Shown here one piece after another: positions 1-11,662 of a stretch of 64,000 nt of DNA (its first letter is position 1; the number at the start of each line of letters is the position of its first letter). Both the position numbers and the translations under genes were made by a program. Under the pieces are notes generated by a model. The model ran no database searches. It was given only the letters and a program-made list of their open reading frames with translations, and was not told the origin of the DNA. Origin of the DNA: Sedimentisphaerales bacterium (GTDB lineage Bacteria > Planctomycetota > Phycisphaerae > Sedimentisphaerales > Anaerobacaceae); contig OY970194.1 of the NCBI GenBank assembly GCA_963708075.1, forward strand, positions 3,392,001 to 3,456,000, in the 5' to 3' direction.

Positions 1-174
1 AAGCCGCAGCCGCGGCTGCTCGTGTGGATCGAGGTACAAATGGTCGATCCGCCCGGTGTTGAACGAGGAGCTTCGACGGATCAGGCCCCACACCTCGTAC
101 CCCTTACCCAGCAGCAGCTCGGCCAGATATGAGCCGTCCTGGCCGGTAATGCCCGTGATGAATGCCTTCTTCAT
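1..174 (-). CDS. gmd: GDP-mannose 4,6-dehydratase, N-terminal part (runs off window)
   Basis: Manual translation from ATG at 174: [47 protein letters not shown], the canonical Gmd N-terminus; not in the ORF track. Confidence 0.95.
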   Translation of the reverse strand, partial: MKKAFITGITGQDGSYLAELLLGKGYEVWGLIRRSSSFNTGRIDHLYLDPHEQPRLRL

Positions 175-320
175 CCTGGTCCCATCCACGAACGCCTGTC
201 AACCATTCCCCACGCCTGCCCACACCAGATGGCGATCCTATCGCGCCGACCCGCGAGGATCAAGATGAATCGATGTGGGGAGCCCATCTACGGCTGGCAC
301 CCGGCCAATGACTCTATCGA

Positions 321-1943
321 CTATTCGTAAAGGATGGGATTCGTACGCCAGTCTTTGTCCTTGTCGTGAGCCCAGTTCAGGACGCGGGGGCGACGCTCGC
401 GCAGGCGGACGGACTCGATGCCGAGATAATAGCCGCTGGAGGAGGCGTTTTTGCCGACGCATTCCAGCCGCAGGGTATACTTGCCGGGGTCGGGCCAGAA
501 ATCCAGCAAATGGTGCTCGCGCGTGGAGGTCTCACGACCGTAAAGGTCTATGACTCCGCCCAACTTCACGCCGTTGAGGGAAGCCTGGTACTGGCCGTAG
601 TCGTAGGAGTGCGTCATTACGAGCAGGAGGCGCTTCGGCTCCTTCTTCTCGACCTCGAAGGGGATCTCCACCCATGCGTTCTCCTGCTGCTGCGGCTTAT
701 AGAACAGATGGCCGCTGGGATAGAGGTCCAGATTCTGCGCGACTGCCTCGCCCGGGCCGTGATATGGGTCGGCCGCGTAGTCACGAGCGCCGATGATCCG
801 GTCCAGGTTCGGCAGCGTGCGCTCGCGGGCGTGCGGGGCGCGGGCCGTGAACGTGGGCTCGCCCGCCTGGTACCAGAACGCGACGCTCGAAAAATCGTCC
901 TCGCGCTCGTTCCAACTGTGGGACTTATACTGCGGGTTCTCATCGGGTGACATCCAGCCCCAGTGCTCGAACGTCACCTTGATGCCCTTGTTGAAGACAA
1001 GCGGGTCGTTGACGTGCCAGCGATAGGCGGAGGTGTGCCCACCCACGATGCCCCACTGATCGAAGTACGGCACGCCGAAATAGGGCGTGCTGGTGGTCTT
1101 GAGTCCCCAGGCGGAGAGGAAGTAATCCTCCGTGCCGGTGCCCCATATAGAGGCCCTATCTTCGCCGTCGATGTAGATCTTCTCGTCGCCCTCGCCGAAC
1201 CACGAGGGGCTGCGGGTCCGCACGCTCAGGACCGTGCCGACGTAGTGTCCCTTGCCCCGCGTCTCCAGGAGCACATAGTCCTTGCCCTTCTGAAGGGGGT
1301 ACTCCTGCCGATACTGTGCATAAAAGTACGGCGTGTTCTTGGGGATGCGATCCTTTTTGATCCAGTCGATGTTATAGTAGAGCAGGCTGATCGGCTTTTC
1401 GCTTTCGTTGACGACCTCGATCCGGGCCGACTTGCGGAACGGCATGTGCCAGAAGCAGTTGTAGGAGTCGGCGTCCTCGACGATCACCGGCAGACTGACG
1501 ATCTCGCTGCGTCTGCCGAAGCTGTTGGCGAAGAAGTCACCGACGGGGGCCTCCACGGCAGGCCGGGGATTGCCGTCCCAGTACATGCGAAGCAGCATCT
1601 CCTGGTGATTGGCCGAGCCGTTTTTCGCCCACGGGTGCGGCTCGGGACCGAGGAACGTCATCCAGATGTGCGTGATGACGCCGGGACCTTTGGCATCCAG
1701 GAGGATCTTCCTCCGGCCGGGAGCGACATTGCTGTTGTCGCTATTGCTGTTTGGGTCGGGCACGCCGTTCGGATCGCGCTTGCCGTCCGCCCCGATCTTG
1801 GCTGTCGAGGTCGCCCGCATGCTCCGGCCCTCGTGCGGCCGGGCCAAGTCCGCCAGGAAGTCGGCAAAGCAGACCCCGCAACTCAGAAGGCAGAACACCG
1901 AACCAATCATAAACGATGCGAATCGACTGCTAGTGTGACTCAT
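321..1943 (-). CDS. DUF2961 / GH172-like glycoside hydrolase, secreted, with C-terminal extra domain
   Basis: GPGVITHIWMT, EAPVGDFF, YNCFWHMPF, WFGEGDEKIYIDGE, GTGTEDYF motifs; N-terminal signal-like segment. Confidence 0.85.
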   Translation of the reverse strand: MSHTSSRFASFMIGSVFCLLSCGVCFADFLADLARPHEGRSMRATSTAKIGADGKRDPNGVPDPNSNSDNSNVAPGRRKILLDAKGPGVITHIWMTFLGPEPHPWAKNGSANHQEMLLRMYWDGNPRPAVEAPVGDFFANSFGRRSEIVSLPVIVEDADSYNCFWHMPFRKSARIEVVNESEKPISLLYYNIDWIKKDRIPKNTPYFYAQYRQEYPLQKGKDYVLLETRGKGHYVGTVLSVRTRSPSWFGEGDEKIYIDGEDRASIWGTGTEDYFLSAWGLKTTSTPYFGVPYFDQWGIVGGHTSAYRWHVNDPLVFNKGIKVTFEHWGWMSPDENPQYKSHSWNEREDDFSSVAFWYQAGEPTFTARAPHARERTLPNLDRIIGARDYAADPYHGPGEAVAQNLDLYPSGHLFYKPQQQENAWVEIPFEVEKKEPKRLLLVMTHSYDYGQYQASLNGVKLGGVIDLYGRETSTREHHLLDFWPDPGKYTLRLECVGKNASSSGYYLGIESVRLRERRPRVLNWAHDKDKDWRTNPILYE

Positions 1944-2037
1944 ACTCCCACTCCACAAAGGTACTTTCCAAGTATTGTCATCGCAGGAAGACCCTAGGCA
2001 AGCTGCGTTTGCCGCCGCCCCCGGCCGTGGACAAGAA

Positions 2038-2066
2038 CATGCTTACGCAAGCGTAAGTATGGCACC
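2038..2066. repeat. GGTGCCATG-type palindromic REP-like element
   Basis: CATGCTTACGCAAGCGTAAGTATGGCACC; 28/29 identical to the reverse complement of 58874-58902. Confidence 0.8.
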
Positions 2067-2086
2067 CATTCCAGTCCTTCGTCAAC

Positions 2087-3547
2087 TCAGTCGTCCGATT
2101 CTTCGCCATCGGGCAGGGCCTCGGTGCCGAGGTCGATCAGGCTCATGCCCTTGATCTCAGGCAGCGAGCGGCCGATGATACCCTGGAGATCGCCGTAAAG
2201 GCCGGAGGTGCTGAAGAGGACGCGGTCGAGCTGCTTTTCTCGCTTCTTCCAGCGGGCAATCAAGACACGCCTCTCGGCCTCAAGATCCTGCCGCATCGTT
2301 ATGAAGGCTTCGACAATGCCAGAGACGCGGTTGTAGAACTCCTGGCCGATCAGGTAGTCGTACACCAGTTCCATCTTCCCGTGCTGTCCTTCGAGGGCCC
2401 GGCGGTTTTTCGCGACGGCGACAAGACCCTCGCGAAGCGCGATTGCCACAGGATGGATACAAGCCCAGCTCACGACCCAGACACCATCGACTTGGCCGAA
2501 GTGCCGCACGTGGTCAGGCAGTTGCTCGCTGACGATCACCGAACGCGAGGCGCCGACCGTCCGCAGATCGTCCCGCAGCTTGGGCAGCCACTGGGGGGAC
2601 CAGTGTCTTGTCCGCTTGGACTCCCACAGAATCAGGCCGCAGTCTGTCCCACTCTCATCAAGCACGCGTTGAATGACATCCGCGCCGTGGACGCCCTTGG
2701 GCACCGGCTCAATGGAGTCGGTCGGGAACAACTCCTTAAGCAATTGCTCCAGTGCCACCTCCATCACCTCACCCTGGGCCTGTTGCGAACCTTGCTCCGC
2801 CTTGCGCTTCATCTCGTCGATCTGCCGAAGGAGCCCTTCGACTTTCTGCTCGTTCTCCAGAAGCTTGAGCCTATATTGCTCGTCCAGCTCCTTGAGGGCT
2901 ACCTGGCGGACCTTCTCCAACTCCTGCCGCAATTTCCTCTCCACCTCCAGATCGGCGTTCCTGAGCTTCTCTTCCAGATCCCGCTTCTCCTTAAGGTAGG
3001 TAAGCTCCTTCTGGCTGGCCTGCTGGACCTTCGCCTGCAACTCGACCAGGGCCGCCGCACGGTCCTTCAACTCGACAGAAAGCTCTTCTTTGGCCTTGTC
3101 GCGGGTCTGCCGGATCAGTTCGGCGCGTTCCGCCTCCAGCTTCCCGCGCAGGTCCTGTTCAAGCTCAAGCCGCTGCTGGTCGAGTTGGGACCTGAGTTGA
3201 TCGACCTCCCGCTCCTTCTTGCGGACTGCCAGTTCTTTCTCCTGGGCGTTTTTGAGCTGCTCCTTCATCTCACTGAGCTGCTCTTCCCGATCCTTGAGCT
3301 CGATGTGCATCTGCTCGCGGATCTTGTGTTCGAGCGACTTGCGCCCCTCGTTGAGCTTTGCCTGGACTTGTTGCTCGATGGCTTCGGCCTGACGACGAAG
3401 CTCCTCCTGCTGGGCCTTGAGCCGCTCCCGGGCCGCGTTCAACTCCGCCTCCAGCTCGTTTCGGATGCTCGCCCGCAGTTGAGCCGACATGACCTCGGTG
3501 ATCTCAATCTGGATCTTGCAGTTCGGGCAAACGATATTGCTGCTCAT
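2087..3547 (-). CDS. DUF2130 domain protein (Zn-ribbon, coiled coil, nuclease-like C-terminus)
   Basis: N-terminal CPNC, long coiled coil, KAEQGSQQAQGEVME, VPKGVHGADVIQ, ILWESKRTRHWS motifs. Confidence 0.85.
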   Translation of the reverse strand: MSSNIVCPNCKIQIEITEVMSAQLRASIRNELEAELNAARERLKAQQEELRRQAEAIEQQVQAKLNEGRKSLEHKIREQMHIELKDREEQLSEMKEQLKNAQEKELAVRKKEREVDQLRSQLDQQRLELEQDLRGKLEAERAELIRQTRDKAKEELSVELKDRAAALVELQAKVQQASQKELTYLKEKRDLEEKLRNADLEVERKLRQELEKVRQVALKELDEQYRLKLLENEQKVEGLLRQIDEMKRKAEQGSQQAQGEVMEVALEQLLKELFPTDSIEPVPKGVHGADVIQRVLDESGTDCGLILWESKRTRHWSPQWLPKLRDDLRTVGASRSVIVSEQLPDHVRHFGQVDGVWVVSWACIHPVAIALREGLVAVAKNRRALEGQHGKMELVYDYLIGQEFYNRVSGIVEAFITMRQDLEAERRVLIARWKKREKQLDRVLFSTSGLYGDLQGIIGRSLPEIKGMSLIDLGTEALPDGEESDD

Positions 3548-3760
3548 GCCACGCCGCCTTCAATAGTTGTCAGTGGGGCAAGCCCCACCCTGCCTCTGCC
3601 GACAACCCAGTTTATGCGGACGCATCGGGGGCACTCCCTCCCCAACGATCGCCGCAAAGCCGGCGCTAAAGGTATGTGCCACACCCCCTCGTTGTCAAGG
3701 AAATCCCCAGTTTCCACAGAGATAGCGTGCGGCTGAATTGTGGCACAAGGAAATGAGCCA

Positions 3761-4093
3761 TCAGGCCATGAAGCCACCGATGATGGCGCCGAGGAGCAAT
3801 GGGCCGATGATGGCACCGGCCACGGCTATGAACGTCGCTACTCCGGTGATGGCTCCGATGACAGGAAGGCCGACGACCGCCCCAAAGACCACGACGAAGG
3901 CTGCAACCGCCACAGCAGGCAGAAACGCCGCGAGGATCGCCGCTCCTACACCCCCGGCCCGCCTGCCGCCGACGATCCCGGCGAGCAGCGGTCCAATGAA
4001 GGGCAGCCAGAACAGCAGAAGCGAAATCACGAACATCCAGATGGCGCCCGCCACCACACTGCCTCTATTGCGACCCACACCTCGATTCGCCAT
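3761..4093 (-). CDS. small Gly-rich integral membrane protein
   Basis: Hydrophobic ORF with PFIGPLLAGIVGG; GGGAGG RBS upstream of ATG at 4093. Confidence 0.7.
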   Translation of the reverse strand: MANRGVGRNRGSVVAGAIWMFVISLLLFWLPFIGPLLAGIVGGRRAGGVGAAILAAFLPAVAVAAFVVVFGAVVGLPVIGAITGVATFIAVAGAIIGPLLLGAIIGGFMA

Positions 4094-4267
4094 GGCGTTC
4101 CTCCCGTCTGGCACAGCAAGAACACTTCTGTCGCCCGATTGAGATCAGGCGGCTCGGCGGACGACCTGCAGTAACCGCACAGCATCGTACGCCTCTATCT
4201 CTACAGTCGCGATTGGGCAAGGGATACGTCAGGGTTTTCCTGTTTTCGCACCATCGGGAGTGAGGCA

Positions 4268-4609
4268 TCAGGCGGCCGGGCACGGCTTCTCGCCCAGGCG
4301 TCGCAGACGGTTGATGGCCTTGACCATGAGGAAGACCGCCCAGGCGATAATGAGGAACTCGACCACCACCTGGATGAAGTTGCCGTATTTCAACTCTACT
4401 GTGGTGGCCGGGTCCGTCCCCTGCTTGAGCACAATGGCGAGCGCTTTGAAATCGACGCCTCCGATCAGGAGCCCCAGGGGAGGCATGAGCACATCGTTCA
4501 CCAGGGAGTTGACGATCTTGGTGAACGCGGCTCCGATGACGATGCCCACCGCCAGGTCTATGACATTCCCTTTGACAGCAAACTCTCTGAATTCCCTCAG
4601 CATGCTCAT
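4268..4609 (-). CDS. mscL: large-conductance mechanosensitive channel
   Basis: [41 protein letters not shown]...KYGNFIQ. Confidence 0.95.
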   Translation of the reverse strand: MSMLREFREFAVKGNVIDLAVGIVIGAAFTKIVNSLVNDVLMPPLGLLIGGVDFKALAIVLKQGTDPATTVELKYGNFIQVVVEFLIIAWAVFLMVKAINRLRRLGEKPCPAA

Positions 4610-4903
4610 TTCGCTATCCCCCTTAAATAGCATTCTGTCCGGGCTTCCTGCCTGCCGGAACCGCCGTGCGGACACCTTGTACCCTCGCGATGCCGCATGG
4701 ACAATTCTAACAGGTTTTGGGGGAGCCGGGACAGATTTGCTTGCCACGCAAAAGGACCGCCAATAGACTGCTGTGAGCTTGGAGGGCAAGGCAGAAGGGC
4801 TCCGGACCTGGGGACCATTTGAAAAGGTAGAAGCGTTTTGTAGACTGCATGTGCCTTAGGGACAGTGCTCGAGGGCAGTGGCAATAGTACGATCAGGAGT
4901 TGC

Positions 4904-7726
4904 ATGATGGCGCGGTGGTGGCATTTGGACGTTGAGCGTATGGCGAAGGAGCTTGAGACCGATCTCTCTTCGGGCTTGAGTTCCGGCGAGGCGGCCGGTC
5001 GCATCGAGAAGTACGGCCGCAACCAGTTGAAGGAGGCCCCGAAACGCGCGGCGTGGGGGATCTTTCTGGATCAGTTCAAAGACTTCGTGATCTGGGTCCT
5101 GATTGGCGCCGCGGTCGTATCGGGCTTTCTGCAGGAGGTCGTCGATGCGATTGCCATCATCGCCATCGTCATTCTCAATGCCGTCCTCGGCTTCATCCAG
5201 GAATACCGGGCCGAGCAATCACTGGCGGCTTTGAAGAAGCTGTCCTCTCCGACGAGTAAGACCATCCGTGACGGCAAGCACCAGATCCTCGGGTCCGAGG
5301 AACTCGTCCCCGGCGATTTGGTCGAGCTGGAGGCGGGCGATAGCGTGCCCGCCGATGGCCGCGTGGCATGGCTGACGTCCAACTTCAGCACACAGGAGGC
5401 CAGCCTGACGGGCGAATCGACGCCGGTGGTCAAGACGGCGGCAGCGCTGGATGAGCGGGACACACCTCTGGCGGACCGGGCCAACATGATCTATCTGGGC
5501 ACATCGATCGCCTCCGGCCGGGCCAGGGCCGTGGTGACCGAGACCGGCATGCAGACCGAGCTCGGCAAGATTGCCGGGATGATCCAGGAGATCGAGGAGG
5601 AGACCACACCGCTCCAGAAGAGGCTCGAGCAATTCGGCAAATGGATCGTGTACTTGTGCTTCGTGCTTGTGGCGATGGTGTTCGCTCTGCAATGGTGGCG
5701 AGGGAGCGAGCTGATGCAATCGTTCCTGACGGCCGTAAGCCTGGCGGTCGCCGCCATACCGGAAGGACTGCCTGCGGTCGTGACCATTGCTTTGGCGCTG
5801 GGCGTGCAGCGGATGGTGAAGCGCCATGTGCTGATCCGCCGGCTGCGGTCGGTCGAGACCCTCGGCAGCGCCACGGTGATCTGCTCGGACAAAACCGGCA
5901 CCCTGACCAAGAACGAGATGACGGTCCAGGCGATGTACGCCGGCGAGCATTTGTTCAAGGTGACGGGAATCGGCTATGCTCCCACGGGCGAGTTTCGCCT
6001 GGACGACAGGAAGATCGCGCCGCAGGACTATCCGGACCTGATGCAGGCCCTGCGCATCGGGGTGCTGTGCAACGGCGCGCAACTGAACGAGGACCGCGGC
6101 ACGTACAAGATCGTGGGCGATCCGACGGAGGCCTCGCTTTTGACGGTCGCCGGCAAGGCCGGCCTGCGGAGGCAGCAGGAGGAACAGAAAGCTTCATTCG
6201 TCGATGAGCTGCCGTTCGACTCGGAGCGCAAGAAGATGACGGTTGTGCGCAAGACCGGCAGTCATCGCGTGGCTTTCATCAAGGGAGCGCCGGACGTGCT
6301 GCTGGGCGATTGCGTGAACATTCAGATCAATGGGGTCGTGCGGCCGTCGACCGCGGAGGACTGCAAACGTATCCTGGCCGTGAACAACAGCCTGACCGAT
6401 CAGGCGATGCGAGTCCTCGGCGTGGCGTACCGGGACCTCGGCGCCGCCACGGCCAGACCCGAGATCGGCACAACCGAGAAGGAGTTGACGTTCGTCGGGC
6501 TGGTCGCGATGATCGATCCGCCGCGAGAAGAGGTCAAACAGGCGATCAAGGAGTGCATAAGCGCCGGCATCAAGACCGTTATGATCACGGGCGACCACAA
6601 AAATACCGCCACGGCCATTGCCAAACAATTGGGTTTCTTCGGGGCCGATTCCATCGCACTATCCGGCGAGGAGCTGGACCGCTGGAGCCAGGAGCAGCTC
6701 GAAAGACAGGTCGACAAGATCCCCGTCTATGCCCGCGTGTCGCCGGAACACAAGCTACGGGTCGTCCGGGCGTGGCGAGCCCGACGCGAGGTCGTGGCCA
6801 TGACGGGCGATGGCGTGAACGACGCCCCGGCGGTGAAAGAGGCTGACATCGGCGTGGCGATGGGCATTACCGGCACGGATGTCACCAAGCAGGTCTCCGA
6901 CATGGTCGTCACCGATGACAACTTCGCATCTATCGTGTCGGCAGTCGAGGAAGGCCGCGGTATCTACGACAATATCCAAAAATTCGTGCACTACCTGCTC
7001 TCGTGCAACGCCGGCGAGATTCTCGTCATGTTCATCAGCTCCCTGGTTGGCCTGCCTGTGCCGCTGCTGCCGATCCAGATCCTATGGATAAACCTGGTGA
7101 CAGATGGCCTGCCGGCGCTGGCCTTGGGCGTGGACCCGGTGGCGAAGGACATCATGAAGAGGCGGCCGCGGAGTCCTGACGAGCCCGTGGTAACGCGAGG
7201 CAGGCTCGGGCTGATCCTGTGGCAGGGCTTCGTCATCTCCCTGTGCAGCCTGACCGCCTTCTGCTACATCTACTACGTGGAAGACCGATGGTCGGTGGGG
7301 CAGGTCTTCGCCGCCCTGGGCACCTTCGACATCGACCGGCTACGGGCGATCTTCACAGTGCCGACTGAAATGCGGGAGGAAATACTCGCTCACGCCCGGT
7401 CGATGGCATTCGTCGTGCTCGCGTTCTCCCAGGATTTCCATTCGTACAACTGCCGAAGCCAGACGACGTCACTCTTCAAGCTCGGCGTGTTCAGCAACAG
7501 AAAGCTGATCGGCGCCACGTCCGTCTCGATCATCCTGAACATGTCGGCCCTGTACCTGCCCTTCTTCCAGGGTGTGTTGAAGACAAAACCGCTGACCGCT
7601 CCAGAGCTTGCCATTGTGCTCTGCGCCGCATCAACGCCGTTCTGGACGATGGAACTGGTCAAACTGATCAGGCGTCTGACCGGTCGAAACGCCGAGCAGT
7701 ACCCGCAGCCGGAACTCGCATCCTGA
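4904..7726 (+). CDS. cation-translocating P-type ATPase (type IIA-like)
   Basis: [48 protein letters not shown] before ATG 4904. Confidence 0.95.
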   Translation: MMARWWHLDVERMAKELETDLSSGLSSGEAAGRIEKYGRNQLKEAPKRAAWGIFLDQFKDFVIWVLIGAAVVSGFLQEVVDAIAIIAIVILNAVLGFIQEYRAEQSLAALKKLSSPTSKTIRDGKHQILGSEELVPGDLVELEAGDSVPADGRVAWLTSNFSTQEASLTGESTPVVKTAAALDERDTPLADRANMIYLGTSIASGRARAVVTETGMQTELGKIAGMIQEIEEETTPLQKRLEQFGKWIVYLCFVLVAMVFALQWWRGSELMQSFLTAVSLAVAAIPEGLPAVVTIALALGVQRMVKRHVLIRRLRSVETLGSATVICSDKTGTLTKNEMTVQAMYAGEHLFKVTGIGYAPTGEFRLDDRKIAPQDYPDLMQALRIGVLCNGAQLNEDRGTYKIVGDPTEASLLTVAGKAGLRRQQEEQKASFVDELPFDSERKKMTVVRKTGSHRVAFIKGAPDVLLGDCVNIQINGVVRPSTAEDCKRILAVNNSLTDQAMRVLGVAYRDLGAATARPEIGTTEKELTFVGLVAMIDPPREEVKQAIKECISAGIKTVMITGDHKNTATAIAKQLGFFGADSIALSGEELDRWSQEQLERQVDKIPVYARVSPEHKLRVVRAWRARREVVAMTGDGVNDAPAVKEADIGVAMGITGTDVTKQVSDMVVTDDNFASIVSAVEEGRGIYDNIQKFVHYLLSCNAGEILVMFISSLVGLPVPLLPIQILWINLVTDGLPALALGVDPVAKDIMKRRPRSPDEPVVTRGRLGLILWQGFVISLCSLTAFCYIYYVEDRWSVGQVFAALGTFDIDRLRAIFTVPTEMREEILAHARSMAFVVLAFSQDFHSYNCRSQTTSLFKLGVFSNRKLIGATSVSIILNMSALYLPFFQGVLKTKPLTAPELAIVLCAASTPFWTMELVKLIRRLTGRNAEQYPQPELAS

Positions 7727-7770
7727 TATCGGATAAAGCCAGTTGCGTGGGATGAGTCGCACCCGGACAT

Positions 7771-7830
7771 TGAACTGACGGTTCCTTCACGCGTACTTGG
7801 GGGGGTACACGAAAGAGAGACCGGGGTTCA
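7771..7830 (+). ncRNA. candidate cis-regulatory hairpin, possibly Na+-I (DUF1646) riboswitch
   Basis: Nested pairing TGAAC/GTTCA, CGGTT/GACCG, CGCGTAC/GTACACG with loop TTGGGGGG, 5 nt before the RBS of a P-type ATPase; family match is from memory and unverified. Confidence 0.45.
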
Positions 7831-7849
7831 GCAGCAGGAGACAGCGTCT

Positions 7850-10537
7850 ATGGACTCATCGCATAGGGAATCTCCTCCACAGTGGCATACACTATCCGTC
7901 GAGCAGGTACGCTCGCAACTGCACACCACATCGGCGGGCCTGAGCAGCGCGGAAGCCGCCCGCCGCCTGGCCGAGTACGGTCCCAACGAGTTGCAGGCAG
8001 GCCGGCGCACCCCGGCATGGGCCCTGCTCCTCGGGCAGTTCAAGAACGTGCTTATCATCATTCTGCTCATCGCCACGGCGCTTTCGGCTGTTCTCGGGCA
8101 CAGCCTCGAAGCCGTCGCGATCATCATCATTGTGCTGTTCGCCGTGCTGCTCGGATTTTTCCAGGAGTACCGTGCCGAGCGCGCCATCGAGGCATTGCGC
8201 GAGATGGCCGCACCTACGGCGACCGTCCTGCGGGATGGACGCGAGGCAGAGGCGCCTGCCCGGGATCTGGTACGCGGAGACGTCATTCTCCTGGAAGCCG
8301 GTGACAAGGTCCCCGCCGATGTGCGACTGATCGAGGCGGTGAACCTGCAAATGGAGGAAGCAGCCCTGACGGGCGAATCGGTCCCGGTCGAAAAGCATAC
8401 GGATGCATTGAGCGACCCCGGGCTGGCAGTGGGAGACCGCAGGAATATGGGCTACGCCGGCACAGCGGTCACCTATGGCCGCGGCAGGGCCGTGGTCGTC
8501 GCCACCGCCATGGATACCGAGTTTGGCAAGATCGCCAAAATGCTCGAGACGGTGGAAACCAGCCGCACCCCCCTGCAGGAGAACCTGGACAAGGTGGGCC
8601 GTGTCCTGGCTGTTGCCGCGCTCATCATCGTGGCGGTAATCATCGGCCTGGGATTATTCCGCGGTCAGCCGTTCATCGAAATGATCATCTTCGGCGTTGC
8701 TCTGGCGGTGGCCGTGGTCCCCGAGGCCCTGCCTGCTGTCGTGACAATCTCGCTGGCCATCGGCGTGCAGCGGATGGTCAAACGCAACGCCTTGATCCGC
8801 CATCTGCCTGCCGTGGAGACGCTGGGCAGCACCTCGGTCATCTGTTCCGACAAGACCGGCACGTTGACGAAAGACGAGATGACGGCCCGCGAGATCTTCG
8901 TGGCGGGACAAACGATTCAGGTCTCCGGCAGCGGCTACGAGCCGCAAGGGCAATTCCTGCGCGACGGCCAACCCATTGAACCACCCGCCCCGCTGACACG
9001 GCTGCTGCAGGCGGCGGTGCTGGCCTCCGATGTCCGGCTGGTTCAGACCGAAGGCCGCTGGCACATCCAGGGCGATCCGACGGAAGGGGCGCTGGTAGTG
9101 GCTGCGGCCAAAGCCGGGTTGGACAAGCCGGATGTAGACGCACGGTGGCCTCGCGTGAATGAGATCCCGTTCTCGTCGGAAGCCAAGCGTATGACTACGC
9201 TGCACGAGGGGCCGGAGGGCGTGGTCGCCTATGCCAAGGGCGCTCCCGAGGTCATCATCGGCTCCTGCACGCGACAGTTGACGGAACAGGGGGACCAGCC
9301 GCTGGATGAGGCCGGGTGGAAGGCGATCCTGGCCGCCGCTCACCAGATGGCTGACCGGGCGCTGCGCGTGCTGGCCGTCGCGGAGAAATCCGGCGCAACG
9401 ATTGATGAAGCCGAGCGGGAAATGACCTTCCTCGGCCTGGTGGGGATGATCGACCCGCCGCGTCCGGAGGCAAAGGCCGGCATTCAAACCTGCGAGCAGG
9501 CGGGCATCAAGACCGTGATGATTACCGGCGACCACCCCACCACTGCCCAGGCCGTGGCACGCGAGCTGGGCTTGCTCAAGGCGGGACAGGTCATTACGGG
9601 CAACGAGCTGGAGGCGACGAGCCAGAGTGACTTCGAACGAAAGGTCGAGGACATCGAGGTCTATGCCCGCGTGTCGCCGGCGCACAAGCTGCGTGTGGTC
9701 ACGGCCCTTCAGAAGAAAGGCCACGTCGTCGCGATGACCGGCGACGGAGTGAACGACGCGCCGGCCCTCAAGAAGGCGGATATCGGCATTGCGATGGGCA
9801 TCACGGGCACCGACGTGACCAAAGAGGCGGCGGCCATGATGCTCACGGACGACAATTTCGCCTCGATCGTCGCGGCGGTGGAAGAGGGCCGCATCATCTA
9901 CGGCAACATCAAGAAATACCTGATGTACCTGTTGTCGTCGAACCTCGGCGAGATTGGCCTGATGGGCGTTGCATCTCTTCTGGGTTGGCCGTTGCCTCTG
10001 ACGGCCGTGCAGATCCTGTACGTCAACCTGGCCACCGACGGCCTGCCCGCCTTGGCCTTGGCCGTCGATCCGCCGGAGCCCGACCTGATGCGCCGTCCCC
10101 CGCGTCCCAAGGGCCAGGGCATCTTCACCCGTCCGGTCGTCGCGCTCATGAGCGTCGGAGGGATTTGGTCCGCCATCGTCAATCTGAGCCTTTTCGGTTG
10201 GGCGATCAGCACGCAGCGCATCGCCGAAGAAGCACAGACCATGGCCTTTGTCTCGCTCGTGCTGATCCAATTCTTAAAAGCCTACAACTTCCGTTCGGAC
10301 CGTCTCTCGGTCCTGCACAAGCCTTTTGCCAATAAATGGCTGAACCTGGCGATCGCGGCGGAACTGATTCTGCTGGTGCCGATCATTTATCTGCCCGTGC
10401 TGCATGAGCCGTTCGGCACGTTCAGTCTGCCGCTGGTGGACTGGATCATAATCATCGCCCTATCACTGACGATCTCGCCGGTGCTGGAGCTGGCCAAGTG
10501 GATGGAGCGTCGCGGCTGGTTCGGAATCCTGCGGTAA
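7850..10537 (+). CDS. cation-translocating P-type ATPase (type IIA-like), second paralog
   Basis: [40 protein letters not shown]. Confidence 0.95.
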   Translation: MDSSHRESPPQWHTLSVEQVRSQLHTTSAGLSSAEAARRLAEYGPNELQAGRRTPAWALLLGQFKNVLIIILLIATALSAVLGHSLEAVAIIIIVLFAVLLGFFQEYRAERAIEALREMAAPTATVLRDGREAEAPARDLVRGDVILLEAGDKVPADVRLIEAVNLQMEEAALTGESVPVEKHTDALSDPGLAVGDRRNMGYAGTAVTYGRGRAVVVATAMDTEFGKIAKMLETVETSRTPLQENLDKVGRVLAVAALIIVAVIIGLGLFRGQPFIEMIIFGVALAVAVVPEALPAVVTISLAIGVQRMVKRNALIRHLPAVETLGSTSVICSDKTGTLTKDEMTAREIFVAGQTIQVSGSGYEPQGQFLRDGQPIEPPAPLTRLLQAAVLASDVRLVQTEGRWHIQGDPTEGALVVAAAKAGLDKPDVDARWPRVNEIPFSSEAKRMTTLHEGPEGVVAYAKGAPEVIIGSCTRQLTEQGDQPLDEAGWKAILAAAHQMADRALRVLAVAEKSGATIDEAEREMTFLGLVGMIDPPRPEAKAGIQTCEQAGIKTVMITGDHPTTAQAVARELGLLKAGQVITGNELEATSQSDFERKVEDIEVYARVSPAHKLRVVTALQKKGHVVAMTGDGVNDAPALKKADIGIAMGITGTDVTKEAAAMMLTDDNFASIVAAVEEGRIIYGNIKKYLMYLLSSNLGEIGLMGVASLLGWPLPLTAVQILYVNLATDGLPALALAVDPPEPDLMRRPPRPKGQGIFTRPVVALMSVGGIWSAIVNLSLFGWAISTQRIAEEAQTMAFVSLVLIQFLKAYNFRSDRLSVLHKPFANKWLNLAIAAELILLVPIIYLPVLHEPFGTFSLPLVDWIIIIALSLTISPVLELAKWMERRGWFGILR

Positions 10538-10541
10538 TGCG

Positions 10542-10569
10542 TTGACAGGCTCTGCGCCAACGGTACCAT
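10542..10569 (+). promoter_or_regulatory. putative sigma70 promoter
   Basis: TTGACA-16 nt-TACCAT upstream of the DHQ synthase II gene. Confidence 0.4.
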
Positions 10570-10612
10570 CTTGTGCGGCTTGCACAACAATGTGGACCGA
10601 AGGAATCATCCG

Positions 10613-11608
10613 ATGAAGAAGCTATGGGTAAATGCTGTTCCGTACAATAAGCAAGTTGCCATCGCCGCCCTGGAAAGCGGAGCGGAGGCGGTCGTTCTTC
10701 CGGAGGGCCAGAGCGATACCGTCCGACAGTTCGGGAAGATCAAGACGGTCGAGCCCAAGGGCGACATCAAACCCGGCGTGGACGTTGAGTTCATCGACAT
10801 CGCGGGCAAGGCCGATGAGGACCGCGCCTCCACCGTGCCGGGGAACAAGCTCGTTGTGCTGAAGATGCTCGACTGGACGATCATCCCTATCGAGAACCTG
10901 CTGGCCCGCCGGGGCAGGAACATCATGGTCCAGGTGGAGAACAGCGAGCAGGCTCGGCTGATGGTCGAGATCCTCGAGCAAGGCGTCGATGGCGTCGTGC
11001 TCAACACCACCGACATCAACGAGATCAAGAAGACCGCCGAGATCATCCAGGGTGTCAGTGAGAGGATCGAGCTCGTCGAAGCCACGATCAAGACCGCAAA
11101 ACAGCTCGGCATGGGCGACCGCTCCTGCCTCGACACCTGCACCCAGATGGCCGTCGGCGAAGGGATGCTCGTAGGCAATACCGCATCGGGCTTCTTTCTC
11201 GTTCACTCGGAGTCGATTGACAACCCGTACGTCGCGTCGCGTCCCTTCCGCGTCAACGCCGGCGCTGTCCACGCCTACATTCTCACGCCCGGCGGCAAAA
11301 CGAAGTACCTGGCCGACCTCAAGGCCGGCGACGAGGTCATGCTCGTGGACTATCAGGGCCGCACCCAGACCGCCTATCTCGGCCGCAACAAGATCGAGCG
11401 ACGTCCCATGATGCTCATCGAGGCCGAAGCTGAAGGCCAGCCCATCACCCTGGTCCTGCAAAACGCCGAGACAATCCGTCTCATGGATGCGCAAGGCAAA
11501 GCCATCTCCATCACGAACCTGAAGCCCGGCGACAAGGTCCTGGCCCATGTGGAGAAATCCGGCCGGCACTTCGGCATGAAAGTCGAAGAAAGCCTGATCG
11601 AGCGATGA
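10613..11608 (+). CDS. 3-dehydroquinate synthase II (archaeal-type, AroB')
   Basis: DWTIIPIENLLA, GDRSCLDTC, GEGMLVGN, LVHSES, RPFRVNAGAVHAY, LQNAETIRL, GRHFG. Confidence 0.92.
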   Translation: MKKLWVNAVPYNKQVAIAALESGAEAVVLPEGQSDTVRQFGKIKTVEPKGDIKPGVDVEFIDIAGKADEDRASTVPGNKLVVLKMLDWTIIPIENLLARRGRNIMVQVENSEQARLMVEILEQGVDGVVLNTTDINEIKKTAEIIQGVSERIELVEATIKTAKQLGMGDRSCLDTCTQMAVGEGMLVGNTASGFFLVHSESIDNPYVASRPFRVNAGAVHAYILTPGGKTKYLADLKAGDEVMLVDYQGRTQTAYLGRNKIERRPMMLIEAEAEGQPITLVLQNAETIRLMDAQGKAISITNLKPGDKVLAHVEKSGRHFGMKVEESLIER

Positions 11609-11662
11609 AGGTGCCCGGGTAGATGCGCTGGTGCCACAGATCAGCGGCGCAGTAATGCAATC

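Noticed and set aside
3573..3593. GTGGGGCAAGCCCCAC palindrome, with a partial echo near 58827
   Set aside because: Possibly another REP type, but only one complete copy is visible, so it was not called as a family
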